Source of the DNA: a virus
Virus record (IMG/VR): IMGVR_UViG_3300050343_000285
Location: 130,788-194,787 of that record
Length of the DNA stretch: 64,000 nt
Direction: 5' to 3' (one strand)
Each line of letters starts with the position of its first letter. Positions within the stretch are counted from its first letter, which is position 1. The notes beneath the pieces are model-generated. The model was not told the DNA's origin. It saw only the letters and a program-made list of their open reading frames with translations, and did not search any database. The position numbers and the translations under genes were made by a program. This document shows positions 51,323 to 60,085 of this stretch, one piece after another.

Positions 51323-52011
51323 ATTAAGTCCTTTTTCGTATAGTATCCTACACATCTACCCATTTCGTATTGACCGAATGCTTTAAAATGATCTAATAAT
51401 AGTTGTCTTTGATCTGAATGAAAAACTTTTAAAAGGTCTGCGTTTAACTGATGATATAAATTATGATCAAATTTATTTATATCTAACAACCATTTTAATT
51501 TTTCTTTACTTATGTCCCTAAGATATTGTTTATATAGTTCATCCTTGTAAATAATAGGTTTATGGAAATTGTTTTTTTTGAAGATTTTTTCTGGTTTTAC
51601 AGGATCGTCGTAATTTGTGTAGTTTATATCAAATATTTGTGCATTTTGTAAATTAACTATTGAATGTAGTATATCTAAATAATTACTATGTTGTTCACTA
51701 TTAAATTGAAATGTACCAGATTGATTATCTAAGTAAGTAATCATACCATCACCATCTATAGATAAAGACCCAGCACCAATTACTGAATCCATAATATCTT
51801 TACTAATATGTTGATGTTGCAATCCTATTTTAATTTTTTTATTATCTAAAAGTATAAAATCATACTTTTTATAATAGCAATAAGCATTATAGAAAAAAAT
51901 TCTTCTATCTATAATGTTAAAATCAAATGTATTAACATTAAATCTTTTATCGCCGGGAATAATTTTTCTTTGTATTCTTTTCTTATATTCTTCTATTTTT
52001 GGTCTATCCAT
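51319..52011 (-). CDS. hypothetical two-domain protein
   Basis: H...VIGAG...LDNQSG segment plus a C-terminal FD..Y...DL...HF..FG..E.GR repeat. Confidence 0.6.
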   Translation of the reverse strand: MDRPKIEEYKKRIQRKIIPGDKRFNVNTFDFNIIDRRIFFYNAYCYYKKYDFILLDNKKIKIGLQHQHISKDIMDSVIGAGSLSIDGDGMITYLDNQSGTFQFNSEQHSNYLDILHSIVNLQNAQIFDINYTNYDDPVKPEKIFKKNNFHKPIIYKDELYKQYLRDISKEKLKWLLDINKFDHNLYHQLNADLLKVFHSDQRQLLLDHFKAFGQYEMGRCVGYYTKKDLI

Positions 52012-52643
52012 GATAATGCTTCAGAGATAATAGGAAATTCTTGACAGAATATTTTTTTACACTCCAAGGCGATATCCATGTGTTCTTTTTGTGTTCCATT
52101 TTTTTCTCTTAGTTCTATATAATGAATCCAATTACGAATACTACCACTCATATATAATCTTGTAGGAGTTGCTAAAGGAAGTATAAATCTAGCACACTCT
52201 TTAGCAATACCGTCTTTAATCATATCATCATATAGACCCTTTGCTTTAGCAAAATGCTCTCTTATTTGTCTATTCCACTTAAATATTATATCTTGATCTA
52301 AATCATCAATACTATTTTGTCTATTTTTATTATCCTGACTTCTTAAATTAAATACAGGAATCTCATCTGCAAGATGTGTAGTATCAGCATATCTTTGGCT
52401 AAATTCCTGAAAGGTAAAACTTCTATGTCTTAATATTTGTGCTGCAATACCCCTGTTTGTATTAATTTCAAGAGTCATAAAAGCCATTTCAAATATAGAC
52501 CAATGCTTATGCTTAATGCAATAATTAAGTAATCCAGATATATTATTACTATCTTGATTGTTTGGGTTAGACACTCTAGCACAATATGCTATATTTTTTT
52601 CTGCATCTGGAGTTACACTAATTAATTTAATCGTCTGAGTCAT
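51993..52643 (-). CDS. thyX: flavin-dependent thymidylate synthase
   Basis: HWSIFE, QILRHRSFTFQEFSQRY, ARFILP, RNWIHY..LR...TQKEH. Confidence 0.97.
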   Translation of the reverse strand: MTQTIKLISVTPDAEKNIAYCARVSNPNNQDSNNISGLLNYCIKHKHWSIFEMAFMTLEINTNRGIAAQILRHRSFTFQEFSQRYADTTHLADEIPVFNLRSQDNKNRQNSIDDLDQDIIFKWNRQIREHFAKAKGLYDDMIKDGIAKECARFILPLATPTRLYMSGSIRNWIHYIELREKNGTQKEHMDIALECKKIFCQEFPIISEALSWIDQK

Positions 52644-53271
52644 ATATTTTTGCCTCTAATTTAGACCATAAAGGATTTGTTTCATGAGTAATTTTAATAT
52701 CTTTGTTATTATAATATATCGGTGGGAAAGTGTCATTTTGATTTTCTAAATAACGATCATTCGATATATGAAGGTTGAAATATTTTTTAATTAAAATATT
52801 CAAATCTTGAAAAAGATATTCTTGTCTAATGAATTGTATTTGGTTTAGATAGTTATATAAATTCCAAGACTCTATTATTTTATCTGCTGGAACCCAATGC
52901 TTCTTTTTAAGTCTCATAATTTTTTTAGGCTTATTAATTATTAAACCTTTACGGGATTGATCTTCTACAAATTTAATAATATCATTTGTCACTTGTTGAT
53001 GTTGAGCATATTTATATATAGTTCTTAGATGATGTCTATTAAATGAAGATATCCAGTTTGTTAGTTTCCTAAATCCCATAACAAAGGGTAGATGTTGATA
53101 TCCTCCATAGTTTTTTATAAAATTGTTAAGATTAATATGTTTGTCTGGAGAAGATTGATGGGCTTGTATTAGAATATCAGAATTTAGTAAATTAGTATTT
53201 AAGATTTTACTTGTCGTAGTTCCAGCAGTTTTTGGAAAATGAAACCAAACAAATTTATTTGTTATCATCAT
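52627..53271 (-). CDS. sulfotransferase-like protein
   Basis: FHFPKTAGTT, IRQEYL. Confidence 0.7.
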   Translation of the reverse strand: MMITNKFVWFHFPKTAGTTTSKILNTNLLNSDILIQAHQSSPDKHINLNNFIKNYGGYQHLPFVMGFRKLTNWISSFNRHHLRTIYKYAQHQQVTNDIIKFVEDQSRKGLIINKPKKIMRLKKKHWVPADKIIESWNLYNYLNQIQFIRQEYLFQDLNILIKKYFNLHISNDRYLENQNDTFPPIYYNNKDIKITHETNPLWSKLEAKIYDSDD

Positions 53272-53405
53272 TTGATTGCCACCACTTTACAATCTTTTTC
53301 CATACTGGTTCAAAAAACCATAATACAATATATGCAACAACTGCTTCTATTGCTTTACCTATAATTGTAGTCATTGTTATTGATTGTTTTTTTACTTCTT
53401 GATCG

Positions 53406-53669
53406 TCACCAAGATGATCTTTCATAATCTATTTCTTTCTGTATTTGTTCTTGAGCATATCTTTTTTGATGTTCTACATGCTTATTGTCTGTGATATCAT
53501 TGTATATATTCATAGCGATTTTGCTCAAACTATTAGTAGTTCCGTTTCTTTCAGGGTCTTCTAATAACTTCCACTGATAGTTATAAGGATTATTTTCATC
53601 TCCAGATTTCTCTCTGTCAACTTTATATCCCTTATCCTTAGCCCATCGTTTTATATTAGTCCAATTCAT
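53406..53669 (-). CDS. hypothetical protein
   Basis: 87 aa ORF in operon. Confidence 0.7.
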   Translation of the reverse strand: MNWTNIKRWAKDKGYKVDREKSGDENNPYNYQWKLLEDPERNGTTNSLSKIAMNIYNDITDNKHVEHQKRYAQEQIQKEIDYERSSW

Positions 53670-54271
53670 TTTTTATCCTCAAAGTTATATTTAAATACAT
53701 TAATATCTTTTTTCCAATATTTTGACACCATATCTTTACTTTCTGAATTGTAGTATAAAGAATAGTGCTTTCTTTCCATGCTATTTATACGCAATAATGG
53801 AGTAACAGGCATACCAGAAGTTTTACATATATAACTCCAATCATAACTAACATTTTCCAACCTTCCTATAAATGTAAGAACAATGTCTTGCGTATCATTC
53901 ATGCAAGCACTCCATTGAGGTTTAATATGAGCCTCTAATTGTGTCTGATCTAAGTCTATAACAGTTTTAATAAACTGATTAAATGTCATATCAGGATTAA
54001 AAATTTTACCATATTTTTTAAAGCATTTATCAACTCCTGTGTCTGGATTAATTATGTTTGGCGATAAAATTTTGTTTGTGTAAATAGAAACCATTCTTTC
54101 CCAAGGATTTTTAACAAACGTAAAAGAAAAATAGTTTTTATATTCGTCAAACTTACTGAAAGGCACAGCCAGTTTGTCAATTTTTTGAGTCTCAAAATAT
54201 TTTTTAATACTAGAAGAAGCACATTTTGCAATATCCGAATAAATAAGTTTATACTTCTCGTACACAATCAT
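53666..54271 (-). CDS. sulfotransferase family 2 protein
   Basis: IAKCASSS, KNPWERMVS, HIKPQ, GRLEN. Confidence 0.85.
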   Translation of the reverse strand: MIVYEKYKLIYSDIAKCASSSIKKYFETQKIDKLAVPFSKFDEYKNYFSFTFVKNPWERMVSIYTNKILSPNIINPDTGVDKCFKKYGKIFNPDMTFNQFIKTVIDLDQTQLEAHIKPQWSACMNDTQDIVLTFIGRLENVSYDWSYICKTSGMPVTPLLRINSMERKHYSLYYNSESKDMVSKYWKKDINVFKYNFEDKK

Positions 54272-54579
54272 TTTTTGTAACTCCTAGTATCAGGATCATA
54301 CTCTGGCATATCCTTATCATATCTTTTCCACGCTTCCATGTGTTTAACTGCAATCATTTGAGATTCTTGTTTTAATTGCATGAGCATTTGATGTTCTATT
54401 AATTTATAAAGATCGTCTATATGTCCTCTAACCTCATGACAATTACTCATACCATCAAGAACTTCAGATATTCTCTGCCTAACTTCTGGTTGATAACAAG
54501 AATACTTTAAAAGTATCTTATCCTTCTTGCTCATTTGTTTATATTCTTCAGACATTTTTAAGCCTTGGATAAATTTCAA
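54268..54579 (-). CDS. hypothetical protein
   Basis: ORF track; start uncertain. Confidence 0.6.
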   Translation of the reverse strand: MKFIQGLKMSEEYKQMSKKDKILLKYSCYQPEVRQRISEVLDGMSNCHEVRGHIDDLYKLIEHQMLMQLKQESQMIAVKHMEAWKRYDKDMPEYDPDTRSYKK

Positions 54580-54778
54580 GAGCCTTTTCTAATATAGAAA
54601 TTATCTCAAATAAATATACACTTTGAGTATTGCTAATATCGTCAATATGATCTAAGTCCTCTACCATATATCTAAGCATATTTTCATAACCAACTTTGTC
54701 TAATAGAGTTCTTATATTTTCTCTATTTTCTAAGTATCTGATTTCTTTTTTTCTTTTTTCTTTTTGACTAACTGGCAT
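54548..54778 (-). CDS. hypothetical protein
   Basis: ORF with AGG Shine-Dalgarno. Confidence 0.65.
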   Translation of the reverse strand: MPVSQKEKRKKEIRYLENRENIRTLLDKVGYENMLRYMVEDLDHIDDISNTQSVYLFEIISILEKALEIYPRLKNV

Positions 54779-54805
54779 AAACCGTTACCTTTTTATATAA
54801 TAAAA

Positions 54806-55030
54806 TTATTTATCTTCTGTAGATGTGTCTGAGTCTTTAAACAAATACCTTAACGCATCTAATTTTGACTGATTCTCATCTAGAACAGACATATAGTTAT
54901 CTAATACTTCTAAAATATCTGGATGTTCTCCAATACCAACACTATTACGAAAATATAAATCTAGTGTGGCAATAGCCTCTGCTATTTTTGCTTCGTATTT
55001 TATTTCTAAAGCCTTATAAAATCTATTCAT
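54806..55030 (-). CDS. conserved T4-like-phage hypothetical protein
   Basis: ALEIKYEAKIAEA...VGIGEHPDI motif. Confidence 0.7.
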   Translation of the reverse strand: MNRFYKALEIKYEAKIAEAIATLDLYFRNSVGIGEHPDILEVLDNYMSVLDENQSKLDALRYLFKDSDTSTEDK

Positions 55031-55430
55031 TTGTTGTTAACACCTCGTTTGTGCTAATATCATATGTAAATATTAATTCTCTTTGATCTTCTGGTATAGG
55101 GATAGTATTTAAAAAATTATCTATTGCATTAGTGTTGTGTTGTACAGAAATATCTAAATCGCTATAAAGAATAGATGATGTATACTGCTTTACTGATAAG
55201 TTGTAATCAGGAGGTAACGGTATACTATCTTTCCATCTATGATCAAATGGCATCCAATGAGATACATTTTCTGTGATTAAATTAATACAATCACTGGTGA
55301 ACTGATGGGGGTTTTTAGAGCAATCAAATTTACCTCTAAATATTCCTTCGTTTTCAGAAAAAAAATACACCTTTTGATTTTCAGTAGGTAAACAAAAAGA
55401 TGTTGCTATCCATTTCCTAGTTTTTTGCAT
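55023..55430 (-). CDS. hypothetical protein (DUF551-like N-terminus)
   Basis: W......LP...VSHWMP. Confidence 0.5.
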   Translation of the reverse strand: MQKTRKWIATSFCLPTENQKVYFFSENEGIFRGKFDCSKNPHQFTSDCINLITENVSHWMPFDHRWKDSIPLPPDYNLSVKQYTSSILYSDLDISVQHNTNAIDNFLNTIPIPEDQRELIFTYDISTNEVLTTNE

Positions 55431-55518
55431 ATCATTTCCTTTTATTTAAAAATTATCTTAATAATAGAGTTTGCTATAATTACTGCAATAGTAATTTCTA
55501 AAATATTTACAATGTCTA

Positions 55519-55809
55519 TCATCTATAATAAACTGGCTGTAGACCCCAATATACTTGAGGAATATAAGTCACTTGTCTTTCTTTTCTTAAAAACCAACAA
55601 CGTCTTTCTGTTACTACTGGAACATTATGATAGTAAGGAACCCATCCATAAATCACGGTTGATTGTGGAACCACATACGTTACAGCAGGAACAGGAGTTG
55701 TTATCACCATCGGAGGTGATGGGGCAGCAACAGGTACGCTTGCTACCCACTCACCAGTATAACCTATCGAACTCCACAATGCAATCGTTAAAAATAAAAA
55801 TGTCCTCAT
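55519..55809 (-). CDS. small secreted Pro/Val/Tyr-rich protein
   Basis: Signal peptide MRTFLFLTIALWSS then PVAAPSPP...YVVP. Confidence 0.7.
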   Translation of the reverse strand: MRTFLFLTIALWSSIGYTGEWVASVPVAAPSPPMVITTPVPAVTYVVPQSTVIYGWVPYYHNVPVVTERRCWFLRKERQVTYIPQVYWGLQPVYYR

Positions 55810-55826
55810 AAAATTTCCCTTCTTTT

Positions 55827-56339
55827 TTAAATATTAGTCTTACTTCTTTCCATGTCTCTCATCTCGTCCCTGAGCCTGAAAGCCCTATCAGTATCTCGGC
55901 TATTTAGTGTTCCTTCCTTCAGATATTTTCGCAACTCTTCTGGAGTAGTAGGTTCTCTAGCCTCATCTTCATAATAATACTCCCAAGGTTTCCATCTAAT
56001 TCTAGTATGGTCTATATTAATTTTTGTATCACCATTTTTATCCGTATAACTATATTTACACCAATACCATTCCTCTGCACACATGGCTTCTTCAATAACT
56101 GTGAAGTCTTGAGGATAACCATTGAAAGCACATATTTTAAATCGCCCTGTATTGTAAAGCCATTGCAATACACCCTCGTCTTCAAAGTCGATAGCAAAGA
56201 ATGTATTACGAACGGAAGCAACCATACTAGGATATTTCCACCCTACATACTCTGCATTAAGAATAAAACCTATAGATATACCTACAAATAAAATAAAAAA
56301 TTGATAAAATAATGTCCTGAATACGGTCATAAGTATCAT
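55827..56339 (-). CDS. membrane-anchored hypothetical protein
   Basis: N-terminal TM helix. Confidence 0.7.
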   Translation of the reverse strand: MILMTVFRTLFYQFFILFVGISIGFILNAEYVGWKYPSMVASVRNTFFAIDFEDEGVLQWLYNTGRFKICAFNGYPQDFTVIEEAMCAEEWYWCKYSYTDKNGDTKINIDHTRIRWKPWEYYYEDEAREPTTPEELRKYLKEGTLNSRDTDRAFRLRDEMRDMERSKTNI

Positions 56340-56376
56340 TATAGTGCCTCTTGATATGCGTGTAATATAATATTAA

Positions 56377-56387
56377 TATAATACACC
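56377..56387 (-). promoter_or_regulatory. GTGTATWATA motif
   Basis: GGTGTATTATA, intergenic, upstream of 56339. Confidence 0.55.
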
Positions 56388-56394
56388 TTTAAGA

Positions 56395-56580
56395 TTATGT
56401 GCCTTTTACAATACTCATAATCCTTCTAGCAAGAGCAGCACTACCTACTATCCTACCATCTGTATAATCCTCACCATACCCAGCAGATGATTCATGGTCT
56501 TTTTGTTCTTGAATTTTTTTATTGCAAAGTTTCACTATTTTAGTTATTTGTTCTTGCAAAATTTGTTCAGTAATATTCAT
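56395..56580 (-). CDS. hypothetical protein
   Basis: 61 aa ORF. Confidence 0.6.
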   Translation of the reverse strand: MNITEQILQEQITKIVKLCNKKIQEQKDHESSAGYGEDYTDGRIVGSAALARRIMSIVKGT

Positions 56581-56656
56581 CTGTCATACCTATTAAAATA
56601 TGCGTGAAAACCAATCTCTATTGCTATAATTATTATTATAGTTATAAATATTTGTG

Positions 56657-56911
56657 TCATTTCTTTTTCTTAGGATATTTACTTTTTAATAAATCGGCAA
56701 TCTGACCGGCTGCAAACTGAACAGTATTACCTCCCCAGAAATATTCATTTACTAAATCGACGATATTACCAGCGATAGGACTATCAAAAAATAATCTACG
56801 AGTACGAGGACTATATTCTTCTGAGATATAAATGCAAACATCTTCATAAAACATTTGTTGCATCGCTCTTATTTTAGCCTCTTTTAATTCTTTTCTAGTT
56901 TTCTTTTTCAT
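56657..56911 (-). CDS. hypothetical protein
   Basis: 84 aa ORF. Confidence 0.65.
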   Translation of the reverse strand: MKKKTRKELKEAKIRAMQQMFYEDVCIYISEEYSPRTRRLFFDSPIAGNIVDLVNEYFWGGNTVQFAAGQIADLLKSKYPKKKK

Positions 56912-57102
56912 GGATTGATCCTTAGCATCGCAATAATTTTATTTCCAGTTTTATCAATAGAGTAATCTTTATGATTTGAGTCTAATAATATTCTATTTAC
57001 GATTTCGCTATTCTTTTTTAATTTAATTTTTTTGACTATTTTCTGTCCGTATGTTTGTTCAACGAACGAAATAACAGCATTATTAAAATCATCACTATTC
57101 AT
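56908..57102 (-). CDS. hypothetical protein
   Basis: 64 aa ORF. Confidence 0.6.
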   Translation of the reverse strand: MNSDDFNNAVISFVEQTYGQKIVKKIKLKKNSEIVNRILLDSNHKDYSIDKTGNKIIAMLRINP

Positions 57103-57113
57103 AAAATCATTCC

Positions 57114-57314
57114 TTAGTCTAAAGTTTCCAAATTTATAACCATAACTAACCTACCATCTACTTCTAAAAGATCACACGGGTATTCGTCAGCAGTCTCAAT
57201 GTTATATAACATAACATCATTTTCTTCTAACTTACCTTCTTTTTTTAGTTTTAATAAAAACTCTAATAATTCTTCCCAAGTTAATTTACCCAACATATCA
57301 CTTAAACTCCTCAT
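57114..57314 (-). CDS. hypothetical protein
   Basis: ORF after promoter; probable start at the second Met. Confidence 0.65.
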   Translation of the reverse strand: MRSLSDMLGKLTWEELLEFLLKLKKEGKLEENDVMLYNIETADEYPCDLLEVDGRLVMVINLETLD

Positions 57315-57317
57315 CTT

Positions 57318-57346
57318 AGTATACTATTGTTATCGGCTTCTGTCAA
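57318..57346 (-). promoter_or_regulatory. sigma70-type early promoter
   Basis: TTGACA-gaagccgataacaatag(17)-TATACT. Confidence 0.88.
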
Positions 57347-57394
57347 GAAAAACTTTAACTCTTTTTTGTTTTATTTATTCAATCGAATTTGCAA

Positions 57395-58012
57395 TTATAA
57401 ATATATTTGTAACATATTATAATTTATTGGATCAAAATCAGGAAATAATAATTCATTTTTATTATAAGAAGAATCTTTTTTTAAATTATTAATAACATTT
57501 TGTATATTACTGTATTTAATGTTTCGAGTATTTAATACTATCGAAGGAATATCTTTATCAACTTTTAAAAATTTTAATGTTGTTTTTTGCCAAACAGGAT
57601 TGTCTATATTACAGACCAATAGTTGAGATGATTTATCTTGAAAAAAATCTAATACGCTGTGATGATGGTATCTTCTTTTATTAATCCATGATAAAGCCAA
57701 TTTTTCGCTCGCTGGGTATGCCCAATTTATTTTCTCCCTTCTTCTATGCGCCATAGCAAGTCCATGTTTAAATCTTGAGGAAATCCAATCTTGCAAAGGT
57801 CTTGTATTTAATAAAAATAAAGCATCTGGATAATGATTATAATATTCTTTAAATTTATCAACATGATTACCATCGTTAAAGGCATCAAATTTTTTAGCAA
57901 GGTATAAAGGAGATTTTGTACTATGTGCAGAATTAATACCACATACTTTTAATAAATTATGAGTACTCATTGTAGCAGTTTTATTCAAACTCAGATTAAA
58001 TATTTTATTCAT
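57395..58012 (-). CDS. sulfotransferase-like P-loop protein
   Basis: SLNKTATMS, LNTRPLQDWISSR. Confidence 0.7.
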   Translation of the reverse strand: MNKIFNLSLNKTATMSTHNLLKVCGINSAHSTKSPLYLAKKFDAFNDGNHVDKFKEYYNHYPDALFLLNTRPLQDWISSRFKHGLAMAHRRREKINWAYPASEKLALSWINKRRYHHHSVLDFFQDKSSQLLVCNIDNPVWQKTTLKFLKVDKDIPSIVLNTRNIKYSNIQNVINNLKKDSSYNKNELLFPDFDPINYNMLQIYL

Positions 58013-58164
58013 CTATACCAATTTTTTAGAATATTAGCAACTATAAATAGGTTAGTAACAATAGCCTGTATTACAAGTATAGTCCTAATAAAAGCAATAC
58101 CATCGCTTTGTCTATCAGTCGTACCAGATTTTTCACCTAATGCTTTGCACCAAATCTTCCACAT
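58009..58164 (-). CDS. small membrane protein typical of T4-like aquatic phages
   Basis: Hand translation MWKIWCKALGEKSG..DRQSD.IAFIRT...TNLFIVANI. Confidence 0.7.
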   Translation of the reverse strand: MWKIWCKALGEKSGTTDRQSDGIAFIRTILVIQAIVTNLFIVANILKNWYR

Positions 58165-58239
58165 TACTTAGTCCTTTTAAATAAGGACAGCAATAAACAT
58201 CTAGGTACAGATATTAAAAAATAAATTATACTTTTCATG

Positions 58240-58464
58240 TTATTCATTATCATTGGGATACATTTTTTTCCAACAAATATTACAAGTACCGCTAATTAAT
58301 AATTCTCTTTCTGCTGCTGTTAAATAATCTAGACAATCTTGTATATAGCAGTCTCCCTTTTGCCAAGCATCAAAATCTCGTTCATCTAAAGTTATAGCGT
58401 ACTCTAAATCACAATGTTTGCAAACAACATGCATAACATCGTTTCTTTCATTAAATGCTATCAT
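58240..58464 (-). CDS. Zn-binding hypothetical protein
   Basis: CKHC...ERELLISGTCNICW. Confidence 0.7.
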   Translation of the reverse strand: MIAFNERNDVMHVVCKHCDLEYAITLDERDFDAWQKGDCYIQDCLDYLTAAERELLISGTCNICWKKMYPNDNE

Positions 58465-58724
58465 TTTAATAAACTCTCAACATAACAAACTAAAGCAATC
58501 ATAACTACCACGAGAACAATAGGTGCAATCCAGTAATGAAGAAGAATGTTAGAGCGTATATGAATAGCGAAATAATCACTGATCGCATTGTCAATTTCGT
58601 CTTTTGAGTATCCTTCATTTTTTAAAACCCAAAGTAATTGCTCCTCTGTTAATTGATCTTCTTCATCCCAATATCTTCTTGCCATTATTAATAGGCGTTT
58701 ATCTTCATCAATATTTCTATACAT
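58461..58724 (-). CDS. hypothetical protein with C-terminal TM
   Basis: ORF track. Confidence 0.65.
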   Translation of the reverse strand: MYRNIDEDKRLLIMARRYWDEEDQLTEEQLLWVLKNEGYSKDEIDNAISDYFAIHIRSNILLHYWIAPIVLVVVMIALVCYVESLLK

Positions 58725-58728
58725 TTTA

Positions 58729-58893
58729 TCATAAGTCTTTCTCCCGCCTTATGGTTAAAAAATTGTATATTTTATTACACTGAATAGTCATTAAGGTTAT
58801 AATAGGAGTACCTATTAATAGTATGTCCGTCATATCAAAATGTGTATGAGAGCAAGGACAGAACCCTAAAAAATGTAATATGTTATTTATCAT
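58729..58893 (-). CDS. 54-aa Cys/His micro-protein
   Basis: Hand translation MINNILHFLGFCPCSHTHFDMTDILLIGTPIITLM...DL*. Confidence 0.5.
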   Translation of the reverse strand: MINNILHFLGFCPCSHTHFDMTDILLIGTPIITLMTIQCNKIYNFLTIRREKDL

Positions 58894-58903
58894 AATAGTA
58901 TAA

Positions 58904-58930
58904 TGGGGATTGAAGTTATCGCACCCCTTA
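58904..58930. repeat. intergenic GC-stem element, copy 1
   Basis: tggggattga-agttatc-gcacccctta; near-identical copy at 59741. Confidence 0.75.
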
Positions 58931-58934
58931 ATAT

Positions 58935-59120
58935 TTAAGCATTTACTTCTTGCAAATTTTTCTTTTCCATTTCCATTTGCAATCGTGCTTTTTGTAATTG
59001 TCGAAGTTTTTCTTTTTCTAAATACTTATAATACCCTAAAAAAACTTCAGATGTAATTACGCCCATCCCTGCGATGAGCGTAACCACAATACCGCATACA
59101 AATAAGGCAAAGTTATCCAT
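58935..59120 (-). CDS. small single-TM membrane protein
   Basis: FALFVCGIVVTLIAGMGVI then charged tail. Confidence 0.7.
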   Translation of the reverse strand: MDNFALFVCGIVVTLIAGMGVITSEVFLGYYKYLEKEKLRQLQKARLQMEMEKKNLQEVNA

Positions 59121-59129
59121 AATTAATCC

Positions 59130-59300
59130 TTACTTATTACATTTACCAAAGTATGTTCCTAAAGTTAAAATACTAGGAACCCACAGTCCTACAAAAATTC
59201 CTTGTTGCTGTGCGACTGCTTGATCTCCAAGAAACCAAAGAGAAACACTAAGTATAAAACTAGCAAATGCTGCTACAAGAAAATAATTCTTATTGTTCAT
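59130..59300 (-). CDS. small two-TM membrane protein
   Basis: Hand translation MNNKNYFLVAAFASFILSVSLWF...GIFVGLWVPSILTLG. Confidence 0.7.
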   Translation of the reverse strand: MNNKNYFLVAAFASFILSVSLWFLGDQAVAQQQGIFVGLWVPSILTLGTYFGKCNK

Positions 59301-59346
59301 AATCCTCATTCTTTCTGTTTATTAAAAAAGTTAAACTTACAATTAT

Positions 59347-59375
59347 AATATAGCATACGGAATATTGTTTGTCAA
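59347..59375 (-). promoter_or_regulatory. sigma70-type promoter
   Basis: TTGACA-aacaatattccgtatgc(17)-TATATT with TG extension. Confidence 0.7.
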
Positions 59376-59716
59376 TACCTTGAGTATCTTTTGCAACAAT
59401 ACCACATACCATATTTGCTTTGACAATATCCCACATCAACAACATGCATACCACTATTACTATAACAACAATTATTATATGCTTCATTCTGAGTCCAACC
59501 ACTACCACAACCTTCATAAGTATTATTATGTCCACCAAAATGAGACACACAATTTCTTGATGCCATTGTATTCGCCACCCCTTGTGCAGAGGTATTGTCT
59601 ACTGGCGTAGAATATGTATACTTATAAGTTGTATTAGTTTTCTTTTTACTTCTTCTAGCCTCACAAACATTAGGTAGCAATGTGATAGCAATTAATATTA
59701 ATAATATCTTCTTCAT
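59372..59716 (-). CDS. secreted Cys-rich protein, degenerate CAP-like
   Basis: Signal MKKILLILIA...; SAQGVA..MA....HFGG...YEGCG...NCCY...VGY. Confidence 0.6.
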   Translation of the reverse strand: MKKILLILIAITLLPNVCEARRSKKKTNTTYKYTYSTPVDNTSAQGVANTMASRNCVSHFGGHNNTYEGCGSGWTQNEAYNNCCYSNSGMHVVDVGYCQSKYGMWYCCKRYSRY

Positions 59717-59740
59717 TAATTTCCTCCTTGAAAAATAAAA

Positions 59741-59770
59741 TGGGGGATTGATATTATCTCGCACCCCTTA
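59741..59770. repeat. intergenic GC-stem element, copy 2
   Basis: tgggggattga-tattatctc-gcacccctta. Confidence 0.75.
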
Positions 59771-59773
59771 AAA

Positions 59774-60085
59774 TTACTTACAGTTGCAAGTATTACCGTT
59801 ACAAATTGTTCTACTAAAAGTCCTTGATCTTAGGACATTATCACAACCGTCTGTCACAGTCCAGTTTCTTGAGTATGTACTGCCTGTTTTATTGGAAGTA
59901 CATTCTGTAGAACGAGTAAAATATCTCCTGCCAAACAAGCCTCTACGGACTCTACAATCGCAACTACTACAAGAATCACAATCACTAGAGACAACTACTG
60001 ATTTAGTTTCTGGTACTGTTGGTGATTCACCAGCAAAAGCAGTAAAGGCAAACGCCGATAAAATTAGAGCAACAAAAATTTTCAT
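59774..60085 (-). CDS. small secreted Cys/Arg-rich protein
   Basis: Signal MKIFVALILSAFAFTAFA; CDSCSSCDC; RRGLFGRR; AGGAGG Shine-Dalgarno. Confidence 0.75.
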   Translation of the reverse strand: MKIFVALILSAFAFTAFAGESPTVPETKSVVVSSDCDSCSSCDCRVRRGLFGRRYFTRSTECTSNKTGSTYSRNWTVTDGCDNVLRSRTFSRTICNGNTCNCK

